Below, in pieces: positions 26,510 through 36,373 of a stretch of 64,000 nt of DNA (its first letter is position 1; the number at the start of each line of letters is the position of its first letter). Source of the stretch: an uncultured Blautia sp. (GTDB taxonomy: Bacteria; Bacillota; Clostridia; Lachnospirales; Lachnospiraceae); assembly GCA_937900135.1 (NCBI GenBank), contig CALCDJ010000002.1, positions 483 to 64,482 of the forward strand, in the 5' to 3' direction. Made by a program: the position numbers and the translations under genes. The notes below the pieces were generated by a model. That model was given only the letters and a program-made list of their open reading frames with translations, did no database searches and had not been told where the DNA came from.

Positions 26510-28204
26510 ATGCCTCTGAGACGTGAACGAATGCGATTGGGAGATCTTCTGGTGAAGCAGCAGCTTCTCACGGAAGACGACTTACAAAGTGCCCTGGAGA
26601 AACAAAAGGGCAGCGGCAAGAAAATCGGAGAGATCCTGGTAGAAGAGGGGTATCTTTCGGATGATGTGATTGCCCGGGCGCTTCAGATGCAGCTGGGACT
26701 TCATGTGGTTCAGCTTACAGGCATTACCATCCCTGAGGAAGTCCGGAATCTGGTGAGTGTGGATCTCCTCAAGAAATATGAGGTGATTCCCTTTGAACTG
26801 GATGCCTATAATGCCAATATTCTTCATCTTGCCATGTCAGATCCCATGGATATGGCTGCCATAGATGATTTATCCATTGTAACCAATCTTCAGATTGAAC
26901 CTTATATTGCCACAAGCCGCGAGATCCAGGCAGCCATTGACCGCTTTTATGGATCTGCGGAAACTTTAAATGCAGCCCGCCGGTTTACCCAGGAGCGGGC
27001 TATGCTTCGTGGTCTTTCTGCAGAGGACGATCTGGAAGACAGCGTCAGCGATGCCCCTATTGTGCAGCTGGTCCGTTCCCTGTTTGAACAGGCCATCCGC
27101 CAGAGAGCCAGCGATATCCATATTGAAGCGCTGGAAAACCACGTGCGTGTCCGTTACCGCATCGACGGCGCTCTTTTTGAAAAAATGATGTACGACAACA
27201 GTCTTCTTCCGGCCATTTCCACCCGCATCAAGATTATGGGCGGCATGGATATTTCCGAGAAGCGCAAGCCCCAGGACGGACGTATGACCGTGATGGTGGA
27301 CCGACAGGAATACGACATCCGTGTTTCCTCTATTCCCACGGTACACGGAGAGAAGCTGGTGCTTCGTATTTCCTCCAAGCTGGGACTTACCCGCAATAAG
27401 ATGGAGCTTGGCTTTACCCCGGAAGAGATGAAACGCTTTGACCATATGCTGGCCCATCCCTTTGGGATTATCTTTGTCACCGGTCCCACAGGAAGTGGAA
27501 AATCCACCACCCTTTATACGGCGCTTTCCCAGCTGAATAAGGAATCTGTAAATATTGTGACTGTGGAAGACCCGGTGGAGGCAGATATTGAGGGAATCAA
27601 CCAGATTCAGGTCAATCCCAAGGTGAATTTAACCTTTGCCTCAGCCCTTCGTTCCATTCTCCGTCAGGACCCGGATATCATCATGATCGGTGAAATCCGT
27701 GACCCGGAAACTGCATCCATTGCTGTGCAGGCATCCATCACCGGACATCTGGTGGTTTCCACCCTGCATACCAACAATGCAGTGGGAACTCTGGATCGTA
27801 TGGCAGATATGGGTGTGGAGCGTTATCTGATCGCCGACTCCGTGGTAGGCGTAATTGCCCAGCGTCTGGTGCGCCGCCTCTGCCCTCACTGTAAGAAGAA
27901 ACGTCCTGCCACCGAGGAAGAGAAGCGGATCATGAAGCTTCCCCTGGACAAAGAGCAGGAAATTTATGAACCGGCAGGGTGCAATCTCTGTAACCAGACC
28001 GGATATTTTGGACGGACAGGAATTTTCGAGATCATGGAAGTGGACGACAACCTGCGCCGCCTGATTTCCAGCCACGGAACCACGGAGGAGCTTATGCAGG
28101 CTGCCAGAGAGAGCGGAATGCAGACCCTTCGGGAAAACGGTGTACGCGCCGTTCTGGAAGGCATTACCTCTTTTGAGGAAATGATGAAAGCATCTTACGA
28201 ATAG
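26510..28204 (+). CDS. pilB: Type IV pilus assembly ATPase with N-terminal MshEN domain
   Basis: RLGDLLV..ALEKQ; RASDIHIE; GPTGSGKST; EDPVE; LRQDPD; STLHTN; CPHC/CNLC. Confidence 0.95.
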   Translation: MPLRRERMRLGDLLVKQQLLTEDDLQSALEKQKGSGKKIGEILVEEGYLSDDVIARALQMQLGLHVVQLTGITIPEEVRNLVSVDLLKKYEVIPFELDAYNANILHLAMSDPMDMAAIDDLSIVTNLQIEPYIATSREIQAAIDRFYGSAETLNAARRFTQERAMLRGLSAEDDLEDSVSDAPIVQLVRSLFEQAIRQRASDIHIEALENHVRVRYRIDGALFEKMMYDNSLLPAISTRIKIMGGMDISEKRKPQDGRMTVMVDRQEYDIRVSSIPTVHGEKLVLRISSKLGLTRNKMELGFTPEEMKRFDHMLAHPFGIIFVTGPTGSGKSTTLYTALSQLNKESVNIVTVEDPVEADIEGINQIQVNPKVNLTFASALRSILRQDPDIIMIGEIRDPETASIAVQASITGHLVVSTLHTNNAVGTLDRMADMGVERYLIADSVVGVIAQRLVRRLCPHCKKKRPATEEEKRIMKLPLDKEQEIYEPAGCNLCNQTGYFGRTGIFEIMEVDDNLRRLISSHGTTEELMQAARESGMQTLRENGVRAVLEGITSFEEMMKASYE

Positions 28205-28217
28205 GATGGTATCTCTT

Positions 28218-29294
28218 ATGTACGATTTAAATGAACTTTTGATCCAATCCGGAGAAGTCAAGGCCTCTGATGTGCATCTCACTGTGGGACGGCCGCCCTG
28301 TTTCCGGATAAATGGGGTGCTGATCCCGGTGGAAGGGGAACGTCTCCTTCCGGATACCATGAAAGAAATGTTGTACCCCCTTCTGGACTCCCGGCATAAA
28401 AATGAACTGGAGAACCGGGGCCAGACGGATTTCGCCTATGCCATTTCCGGTGTGGGACGTTTCCGTGTGAATATTTTTCTCCAGAGAGGAACCCTGGCCG
28501 CTGTTATGCGTATCCTTCCCTTTACCATTCCGGAACCGGAAGAGCTGGGACTTCCTTCCCAGCTTTTAGAAATGACTACCCGCAAAAGAGGGCTTGTTCT
28601 TGTGACCGGACCTACGGGAAGCGGAAAATCCACCACGCTGGCCTCCATGATCCAGACTATTAATCGGAATTACCCCTATCATATCATTACCCTTGAAGAC
28701 CCCATTGAGTATCTTCATCCCCATGGGAAATCATTGGTAAATCAGCGAGAGATCGGAAGTGATTCCGAAAATTATGCAACTGCCCTGCGCGCAGCCCTTC
28801 GTCAGGACCCGGATGTGATCCTAGTGGGAGAAATGCGTGACCTGGAGACCATTTCTACGGCCATTACTGCAGCAGAAACCGGCCATCTTGTTTTCTCCAC
28901 CCTCCACACTGTGGGAGCGGACAAAACCATTGACCGCATCATCGACGTTTTCCCGCCGAACCAACAACAGCAGGTCCGCATTCAGCTGGCTGCTGTCCTG
29001 GAATGTATCGTATCTCAGCAGCTCCTGAAAAAAGCAGACGGTTCCGGCCGTGTGGCTGCTCTGGAAGTGCTGTTTGCCAACAATGCGGTGCGTAATCTTA
29101 TCCGGGAATCCAAGACCTATCAGATTCCTTCTATTATGCAAACCAGCAGACGCGCCGGCATGCAGCTGATGGACGACGCCATTTATGATCTTTTTATGAA
29201 AAAAGTGGTCTCCGCGGAGGAAGCCGTTATGTATGCCCGTGACCCGGTGGCCATGAACCAGAAGCTGAACTTCGGGGACTTTGATATGATGTAG
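28218..29294 (+). CDS. pilT: Type IV pilus retraction ATPase
   Basis: ASDVHL, GPTGSGKSTT, EDPIE, QREIG, AAETGHLVFSTLH, AVRNLIRE. Confidence 0.95.
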   Translation: MYDLNELLIQSGEVKASDVHLTVGRPPCFRINGVLIPVEGERLLPDTMKEMLYPLLDSRHKNELENRGQTDFAYAISGVGRFRVNIFLQRGTLAAVMRILPFTIPEPEELGLPSQLLEMTTRKRGLVLVTGPTGSGKSTTLASMIQTINRNYPYHIITLEDPIEYLHPHGKSLVNQREIGSDSENYATALRAALRQDPDVILVGEMRDLETISTAITAAETGHLVFSTLHTVGADKTIDRIIDVFPPNQQQQVRIQLAAVLECIVSQQLLKKADGSGRVAALEVLFANNAVRNLIRESKTYQIPSIMQTSRRAGMQLMDDAIYDLFMKKVVSAEEAVMYARDPVAMNQKLNFGDFDMM

Positions 29295-29336
29295 TCCCCA
29301 GAAATCAAAAATACCCAGAAGGAAAGGATGGAAGCC

Positions 29337-30551
29337 ATGCCCGGCTATTTTTATAAGGCAGTAGACAAAAAGGGCCGCGAAAAAAAAGGCCAGATGGATG
29401 CGGAAAATCGGGAAAAGGTGGCAGAATACCTGAAGCGGGAAGGGCTTCTTCCCGTATCCATTAAAGAAAAAGGTCTTCTCACCAGAGATTTGGATTTTTC
29501 CATTGGCAAAAAAATCAAGCCCAGAGATTTAAGCGTATTCTGCCGGCAGTTTGTGAGCATTATGCAGGCTGGCGTTCCCATGAAGGAAGCGCTGCAGATG
29601 CTCCAGGAGCAGACAGAAAACAAAACATTAAAAAAAGCCCTTGGAGGTGTTCTCTCCAGCATTGAGAAAGGAAATACCCTGGCAGACTCCATGAGCGGTC
29701 AGGGAGATGTGTTTCCCCCCATGCTCATACATATGGTGGAAGCGGGAGAGCGCTCCGGAAACCTGGAAATGTCTTTTTCCCGTATGGCAATTCAATTTGA
29801 AAAAGAAGCCAAATTAAAGGCTACCGTAAAAAAAGCAACCATTTATCCCATTATCCTTATTATTGCAGCGATCGGCGTAATTGCCGTGATGCTCCTGTTT
29901 GTCATTCCGATCTTTATTGATATGTTTGCCGACCTGGATGTGGAAATGCCCGCCTTTACCATGGGCATCATGAACGCCAGCAAATGGCTGGGCCAATACT
30001 GGTATGTGGTGGCCCTGAGCCTGGTGATGCTTTTTGTCCTGTACCGGATGCTATATCAGACCCAATCAGGACGTTTCTATATTGATAAACTGAAAATGAA
30101 AATGCCCCTGTTCGGCAAGCTGACAGTAAAGACAGCCTGCGCCCAGTTCGCAAGACTGACCAGCACCCTTTTGACTGCGGGAATTTCCACCATTGACTGT
30201 CTGGAAATTGTATCCCGGATCATGAGGAACATCCACTATGCCAATGCGCTGCTGGACGTTCGCGGAGAGGTCATGAAGGGAATTCCCATTTCCGAGCCTC
30301 TGAAAACCTCCGGCATTTTTCCTCCCATGGTCTATCACATGACGGGCATTGGAGAGGAAACCAGTAATCTGGAGAAAATGCTGGATAAACTGGCAGACTA
30401 TTATGACGAAGAAGTGGAGCAGACCACCCAGGCCATCATTGCCGCCATGGAGCCTTTGATCATTGTATTTATGGCTCTTGTCATTGGAAGCCTGGTCATT
30501 GCCATGATCATGCCAATCGGAACGCTGTATTCCGGTCTGGAAAACCTGTAA
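29337..30551 (+). CDS. pilC: Type IV pilus platform protein (GspF family)
   Basis: FCRQF..MQAGVP, VEAGERSG, ATIYP, GEETSNL, MEP; three TMs. Confidence 0.93.
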   Translation: MPGYFYKAVDKKGREKKGQMDAENREKVAEYLKREGLLPVSIKEKGLLTRDLDFSIGKKIKPRDLSVFCRQFVSIMQAGVPMKEALQMLQEQTENKTLKKALGGVLSSIEKGNTLADSMSGQGDVFPPMLIHMVEAGERSGNLEMSFSRMAIQFEKEAKLKATVKKATIYPIILIIAAIGVIAVMLLFVIPIFIDMFADLDVEMPAFTMGIMNASKWLGQYWYVVALSLVMLFVLYRMLYQTQSGRFYIDKLKMKMPLFGKLTVKTACAQFARLTSTLLTAGISTIDCLEIVSRIMRNIHYANALLDVRGEVMKGIPISEPLKTSGIFPPMVYHMTGIGEETSNLEKMLDKLADYYDEEVEQTTQAIIAAMEPLIIVFMALVIGSLVIAMIMPIGTLYSGLENL

Positions 30552-30711
30552 GATCACGCCTTGGGAAATGGATGACCCGCAGCGATACATCAGGGAAGCT
30601 GTGTTCATCATAAAGTGTAAGGAAATAAGGGAAAAGGAGGAGAATTAAACGAGCCCAATATGTCCGTTCTCAAATATGCGGATAAAAATATAATAAAAGG
30701 AGATAGCAAGT

Positions 30712-31200
30712 ATGTTAAAGTTATTTAAAAAAGAAAAGAAAAACAACAAAGGCTTCACTCTGGTGGAACTGGTAGTTGTAGTAGCCATTCTGGCGATTTT
30801 AGTCGGACTTCTGGCACCACAGTATACGAAGTATGTAGAAAGATCCAGAAAAGCAGCTGATGCAGCTAATTTGGATAATCTGGTAAAGGCAACACAGGTA
30901 GCTTTAGCTGATAATACATACAGTGAACTTATTCCTATAACCCCAGATGGAAAAGTAACAGTTACTATAACAATTACACCAAATGAAACAACAGCAATAG
31001 CTAATCCTGTTGATAGACAGGAGAACATAGAAAGCGCCTTAACGGAATACTGTGGAAACAACTGGGATAAAACCACATTAAAATCCAAATCCTGGGAAAG
31101 TAGTAAGATCATGGCTGTTCTAACTATTGATAGCAAAGCTTCTGTAACTGTAAAATATACACCAGAGGATCTGAAAAACAAAGAAGGCGCTGACGCATAA
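30712..31200 (+). CDS. pilA: Probable major type IV pilin
   Basis: Class III signal KKNNKG|FTLVELVVVVAILAIL, ~148-aa mature length, AAGGAG RBS. Confidence 0.85.
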   Translation: MLKLFKKEKKNNKGFTLVELVVVVAILAILVGLLAPQYTKYVERSRKAADAANLDNLVKATQVALADNTYSELIPITPDGKVTVTITITPNETTAIANPVDRQENIESALTEYCGNNWDKTTLKSKSWESSKIMAVLTIDSKASVTVKYTPEDLKNKEGADA

Positions 31201-31247
31201 CCTGTGATTTTGCGCTCTATTATCACTGCAACAAGAAAGGCCCCCTT

Positions 31248-32018
31248 ATGATCCCCTTACCCTTACTGGAAATCATTCCATATATCATCCTATTTATATA
31301 CGGAACCATCGTAGGCAGCTTCCTGAATGTATGCATTTACCGCATACCAGAAGGACAATCCATTGTCAAAAGCCCTTCCCACTGTATGACCTGTGGGAAC
31401 CGGCTCAAATGGTACGACATGGTCCCTGTATTCAGCTGGCTGATTCTTGGCGGCAAATGCCGCAACTGCAAAGCCCCCATATCCCCCCAGTATCCTCTGA
31501 TAGAGGCCGCCAACGGTCTTCTCTATCTCTGGATCGTGGGGGTAAATGGGTGGAATGCCCAAAGCCTTGTCTATACCCTGATGGCCTCAGCTCTGCTGAC
31601 GCTAAGTATCATAGACTGGCGAACATATGAAATCCCGGTACAGATAAATCTGTTTCTTGCAGCTCTGGGAATTCTGGCAACAATCCTGGATGTTCCCCAT
31701 CTGGTTTCCCACCTGATAGGAGCGGCAGCCATCAGCGTGCCTCTGTGGCTTCTTTATCTCCTTACAAAAGGAGCGGCCATCGGCGGCGGAGATATTAAAT
31801 TAATGGCCGCGTGCGGTCTGATCCTTGGCTGGCAGAATATCGTTTTGGCATTTCTGCTTGCATGTATCCTGGGTTCTTTCATACATCTTCTGAGAATGAA
31901 ACTCACCGGAGCCGGCAAAACCCTGGCAATGGGTCCCTACCTCTCCGCTGGGATTTTTGTAACAGCGTTGTATGGACAAACCTGGATTCATCAATACCTG
32001 GCTCTTTTGGGCATGTAA
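31248..32018 (+). CDS. pilD: Prepilin peptidase (A24)
   Basis: GSFLNVCIYRIP, SHCMTC, GKCRNC, IID, GGGDIKL, MGPYL. Confidence 0.95.
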   Translation: MIPLPLLEIIPYIILFIYGTIVGSFLNVCIYRIPEGQSIVKSPSHCMTCGNRLKWYDMVPVFSWLILGGKCRNCKAPISPQYPLIEAANGLLYLWIVGVNGWNAQSLVYTLMASALLTLSIIDWRTYEIPVQINLFLAALGILATILDVPHLVSHLIGAAAISVPLWLLYLLTKGAAIGGGDIKLMAACGLILGWQNIVLAFLLACILGSFIHLLRMKLTGAGKTLAMGPYLSAGIFVTALYGQTWIHQYLALLGM

Positions 32019-32023
32019 ACAAA

Positions 32024-32047
32024 TAACCGGAAAACCTTTTCCGGTTA
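32024..32047. repeat. Perfect 11-bp inverted repeat between pilD and pilM
   Basis: TAACCGGAAAA-CC-TTTTCCGGTTA; no U tract. Confidence 0.7.
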
Positions 32048-32120
32048 CAAAAGTCCATTTCAGGAAAAATGAATTTTTGTAATCGGAAAAATACCCGTAA
32101 TACAAATGGAGGAATTCCCT

Positions 32121-33743
32121 ATGGCAAAAATCATAAGTATTGAAATGACACTTTCTCAGATGAAAGTGGCTGAAATGGATGTCAAAGGCAAAAACACAAA
32201 AATCCGAAGCTGTTTTTCTGTTTCCCTTCCCCAGGGAGCTGTGGAAGATGGCTATATCCGGGATATCAACGGGGTGGCAGACCTTTTAAAGGAAGCCCTT
32301 ACCACCCATAATATCCGCACAAAAAAAGTATGCTTTGCTATTTCATCCAGCAGGATCGCTAACCGTGAAGTACGCATTCCCTATATGAAGCAAAGCCACA
32401 TCCAAAGTTTGGTAGAGGCAAACGCTTCTGACTATTTTCCTATTGACGCCTCGAAGTATCGCTTGTCCTATGACATTATGGGCGTAGAAAAAAAAGAAGA
32501 GGACACAGAAACCACCAAAGAATATCGTCTTATGGTTCTTGCTTCCCCCATTTCCATCTGCACCGCTTATCAGGAGCTTTGCAAACGCACAGGGCTTCAT
32601 CTGATTCGGATCGGCAGCGTGGGAGAGAGTATTTATCATGCCATGAAGGAAACCTGTCCTTCCGGCGTTCATGTTCTGATCAAAATTGAAGAAAAGACTT
32701 CCCTGATCACCATTCTCAAAGATGGAGAGCTTTCTCTTCAGCGAACCCTGAATTATGGGGTGGATGCAGCGGCGGAAACTGTCCGTATGTATCCTGTCTT
32801 TGGTAAAAATCTGGACATAGAGCAGGCCATGGAAGTCCTTGCTTCCAAACGTTGCCTCCGCAGTTCTCTGGAGCTTTCACCGAATGTCTCCGAAGAGGAG
32901 GATACCGATGATTTTGTCCGGGAGGCCAGAAGAGAAGTAACAGAAAGTCTTCGTTATCTTTCTGGAAATATTACCCGAATGATGGACTACTACATATCCC
33001 GTAATCAGGATGTGGAATTTTCTTCCATTCTCTTCTGTGGTATGGGCGCCCGTGTCCTTGGGCTTCCCCAACTTCTTACCAGTGAACTTGGAATGCAGGT
33101 GTCCGTTTTAAACACCCTGTCCCGTGTGACGATTCCGGAAGAATCAGAAGCAGCGCTGGCTGACTATGTGGCAGTAGCCGGAGCCATCCGGTCCAAAGTG
33201 AATCTGCTGGGCAAATCTGGTCATCAGAAAGAGTCTGGAGCAGAAAATCTTCGCGGCGCGTACCTTGTGTTTTTCACAGGCCTTGCAGCCGCCATTCTCC
33301 TTGCCGCAGGCGGTATTGGCATCCGTGTTCTGCAGCACCGGGATATGGAACAGATCCAGCAGCAGATCGATGAAGAAAGTTCCATTGAAGAAATCTATCA
33401 GACCTATAACCAGGCCAAGGCCCAGTACGAAAACTTCCAGTATATGTATCAGTATACCAACACCCCCAATGAGGGACTGGTGGCTTTTATCGAGGAAATG
33501 GAAGAAAAAATGCCTTCCCATATGACCGTGGAAAGCTTTAGTTCCACGGGAACAGAGGTGAGCTTTGCCCTTCGTGTAACCAATAAATCCGAGGCTGCCA
33601 ATACGCTGATGCAGCTGCGTACCTTTGAAAGCCTCTCTGATGTCACCACTACAGGACTGGATCAGGAAGAAGAGGGTGCGCTGAAAATGACCGTCACCTG
33701 CACCTATGCAGAACCGGCCATCCTTGACAAAAGCCAGGAATAG
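32121..33743 (+). CDS. pilM: PilM-PilN fusion (pilus alignment complex)
   Basis: Actin-like PilM region (VEDGYI, QRTLNYG, CGMGARVLGL), then the PilN hallmark VNLL + TM + coiled coil + ferredoxin-like domain. Confidence 0.85.
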   Translation: MAKIISIEMTLSQMKVAEMDVKGKNTKIRSCFSVSLPQGAVEDGYIRDINGVADLLKEALTTHNIRTKKVCFAISSSRIANREVRIPYMKQSHIQSLVEANASDYFPIDASKYRLSYDIMGVEKKEEDTETTKEYRLMVLASPISICTAYQELCKRTGLHLIRIGSVGESIYHAMKETCPSGVHVLIKIEEKTSLITILKDGELSLQRTLNYGVDAAAETVRMYPVFGKNLDIEQAMEVLASKRCLRSSLELSPNVSEEEDTDDFVREARREVTESLRYLSGNITRMMDYYISRNQDVEFSSILFCGMGARVLGLPQLLTSELGMQVSVLNTLSRVTIPEESEAALADYVAVAGAIRSKVNLLGKSGHQKESGAENLRGAYLVFFTGLAAAILLAAGGIGIRVLQHRDMEQIQQQIDEESSIEEIYQTYNQAKAQYENFQYMYQYTNTPNEGLVAFIEEMEEKMPSHMTVESFSSTGTEVSFALRVTNKSEAANTLMQLRTFESLSDVTTTGLDQEEEGALKMTVTCTYAEPAILDKSQE

Positions 33744-33755
33744 GAGGAAAAATTC

Positions 33756-34601
33756 ATGAAGCTATCCATGCGAGACAAAAAAATACTTCTGATGTTTTCC
33801 GGCATTCTTCTGATGGCCTTAAGTTATTTCTTTGTTTACCGGCCGCAGCTTCAGGAAGCCCAGGTGCTGGAAGAACAGAGTCAGTCTTTGACTGTCCGTT
33901 TAAATGAACTTCTGGAAATGGCAAAAAACAAAGAATTTTATGTGCGGGAAACCAATGAAATCCAGAATCGGATTCAGGAATACGGAGAACAGTTTCCTTC
34001 GGATGTCAGACCAGAGGACGGGATTGTCCTTGCCAGAAATATGGAAAATGCCATTGATATAAAAATCGGCAATCTTTCTCTTGGACAAAAGGAATTTGTT
34101 TATTCCATGGACGGAACCGTCCCTTCTGAGACAAAAGAGGAGCGGGAAACCTTATCTGAGCAGAACAACCAGGCAACTCAGGAACAGATCAATGAAATCG
34201 AAGGCGTCCAGGAAGAGGAGACGACAGAAGTCGTCAATGAGACACAGGTCGTCTACGCACCTTCCCTGTACCGCAGCCAGGATACCATGCAGATTCAATG
34301 CGATTACAAGAATCTGAAACGCGCCATCCAATACATAGGAGAGCAGACGGGACGTATGACCCTGGATAATCTGAATATGGCCTTTGATTCTTCCACAGGA
34401 ACGCTCACAGGAAACATGACCGTAAACCTCTTTTCTACGAATGGAATGAACACAGAATATACCCAGCCGGATGCCGGAAAGGTTTCTTACGGAACCAAAA
34501 ACATTTTTGGTTCTATGGAAAAACCGGAGAAGAAAAAAACTGCTCCGAAGAAAAAGGAAGCTGCTTCCAGTGAGGAAGCGCAAAAACAAACGAAAGAATA
34601 A
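33756..34601 (+). CDS. pilO: PilO-like alignment protein
   Basis: LSMRDKKILL + TM + coiled coil; CDYKNLKRAIQYI..RMTLDNL; position after pilMN. Confidence 0.75.
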   Translation: MKLSMRDKKILLMFSGILLMALSYFFVYRPQLQEAQVLEEQSQSLTVRLNELLEMAKNKEFYVRETNEIQNRIQEYGEQFPSDVRPEDGIVLARNMENAIDIKIGNLSLGQKEFVYSMDGTVPSETKEERETLSEQNNQATQEQINEIEGVQEEETTEVVNETQVVYAPSLYRSQDTMQIQCDYKNLKRAIQYIGEQTGRMTLDNLNMAFDSSTGTLTGNMTVNLFSTNGMNTEYTQPDAGKVSYGTKNIFGSMEKPEKKKTAPKKKEAASSEEAQKQTKE

Positions 34602-34604
34602 AGG

Positions 34605-34646
34605 AAAGACAGAGGGGGCATACCGTCCCCTCTAAAAGTCTTTTTT
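34605..34646 (+). terminator. Intra-operon terminator/attenuator before the minor pilins
   Basis: AGAC-AGAGGGGGC / GTCCCCTCT-AAAA-GTCT stem followed by a T run. Confidence 0.55.
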
Positions 34647-34669
34647 CCGCAGAAAGGACGGCGTGCTTT

Positions 34670-36349
34670 TTGAAAAAACATCATCCTTTTGATCAACTGA
34701 ATAACCGGGGAATCACGCTTCTGGAAGTGATCATTGCAGTGAGTATGTTTTCTATTGCAGCCATTGTTCTGCTCCAGGGCTTTGTTACCTCCAGCCGCGT
34801 GAACAAAAAATCCAATCTTTACCTGGAAGCTACCTCTACTGCTCAGAATGTCATGGAAGAGATCAAAGCCAAAAGTTTCGAGGAAGTGGCTCTGGCCTTT
34901 AATTATCCCATTGACCAGATCACCGGAAAGAGCCGTTTCACGTTTCTGGAACCTCAGAAAGCTTCCATTAATACTCCAGATGGTGTGGGAATCTGCGAAA
35001 AACTCCGTACCCAAAGGGACGGCGCCTTTGTTTATACCGATGTACGTCTCACCGGGGACAAGGAGCAGGTTACTGCCTCCATTTTTTCCCAGGACGATGG
35101 AAAGACTTACGAATTTCATCCCCGAAAATCAGGGGAAAATGCCTCCCGGTATTATTATCAGATGACCAATGTAAGAAATCTCCATGAAACCTTTGATGTG
35201 CTTGCCGAATTTGACGGCAGCCATACCTCTGGCTATAAGAAAAAAAACAACCTGGTAACAGAAGATGAAAAAAACGATTTTTTAAGCCCAAACATTGCAA
35301 AACTGGACACCAAAAGCAATGGATTCCTCATTATGCCCAAGGCCTGGGATGACAAGGCATTGATCAATCTGGCTGCGAAACAGCTTGAAATCGCTCAAAA
35401 TATCTGGCATGAGGATAAGACAAAGTGGATAAAAGATCCTGCGAATTTAAAGCCTGATGATGAAGGAAACCTAACCATCAGACCTACGGGGAAAGACTTT
35501 GTGGCTGCCATTGGAATTCCATGTCCTGAGACACCCCTGGATTATAGAGAAATCTATAAACAGACCAGGCGAACTCTGCAGATTACTCTGGAACAGAAGG
35601 GCGGCTTCACCACTGCCAAGGCCCGGTATACCTTAAATGCCCGGGGCTATGCAGATCCCTCCCGGGGAAAGTATGGGAGAATGGATATCTGCGATCTGAA
35701 AGGATGCAATGGAACGCCCAATGAAGCAGGCGCCTGCAAAGAGGGCTGCTGTATGTATACCAGCACCTATGTACCTTTTTACAGTTCCGACGCCGGCGTG
35801 GAGCTGAAAAATCTTTATGTTTTTTATTATCCCAATTATGAATCCACCAATCCCGTTGAACCGCTGGATCTTATTGAATTTGACAATACCATCAACTATC
35901 TCCTCAGCCTGTATGTTGTAAAGCAGCAGGATGAGGAAAACAATATGCCCACCTCCTCTCAGGAAAGGGGATACCGGATGAATCTTACCATTAAGGAAGA
36001 TCCCGGAAGTAACGGAAATGCCAACTGGAACACCAACCCAGCTCTGTTTCGGGCACAAACAAGGTTTCGCACCAATCTGGATACGGATATCAGCGCCATG
36101 GAAGAGGGCAAGCTGTTCCTGGAACGTCCTACTATTGATCAGACGACACTTGTCTACCAGGATTCCTCCGGCCGTTGGGTAAAGAATTCCAATGCCCGAA
36201 AAGTGCTGGACTATAACGGCCTGGATGACCGGAAGGAACGTGACCGGATCTATACGGCAAAAGTAAGTGTTTATCATCAGGGCGCGGCAGCAAAAAACTT
36301 TCCCGAAGAAGAATGCATCTATACTCTGGATGGGTCCAAGGAAGACTGA
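34670..36349 (+). CDS. Large minor pilin (PilV/GspI-like N-terminus), 559 aa
   Basis: NNRG|ITLLEVIIAVSMFSI, 'AQNVMEEIKA'; TTG start with AAAGGA RBS. Confidence 0.8.
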   Translation: MKKHHPFDQLNNRGITLLEVIIAVSMFSIAAIVLLQGFVTSSRVNKKSNLYLEATSTAQNVMEEIKAKSFEEVALAFNYPIDQITGKSRFTFLEPQKASINTPDGVGICEKLRTQRDGAFVYTDVRLTGDKEQVTASIFSQDDGKTYEFHPRKSGENASRYYYQMTNVRNLHETFDVLAEFDGSHTSGYKKKNNLVTEDEKNDFLSPNIAKLDTKSNGFLIMPKAWDDKALINLAAKQLEIAQNIWHEDKTKWIKDPANLKPDDEGNLTIRPTGKDFVAAIGIPCPETPLDYREIYKQTRRTLQITLEQKGGFTTAKARYTLNARGYADPSRGKYGRMDICDLKGCNGTPNEAGACKEGCCMYTSTYVPFYSSDAGVELKNLYVFYYPNYESTNPVEPLDLIEFDNTINYLLSLYVVKQQDEENNMPTSSQERGYRMNLTIKEDPGSNGNANWNTNPALFRAQTRFRTNLDTDISAMEEGKLFLERPTIDQTTLVYQDSSGRWVKNSNARKVLDYNGLDDRKERDRIYTAKVSVYHQGAAAKNFPEEECIYTLDGSKED

Positions 36350-36373
36350 GTTTTTTCAGTAAATGGAGGAACT

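Noticed and set aside
30552..30711. c-di-GMP riboswitch before the major pilin
   Set aside because: No class I or class II consensus elements recognisable by eye; an Rfam scan is needed to exclude it fully.
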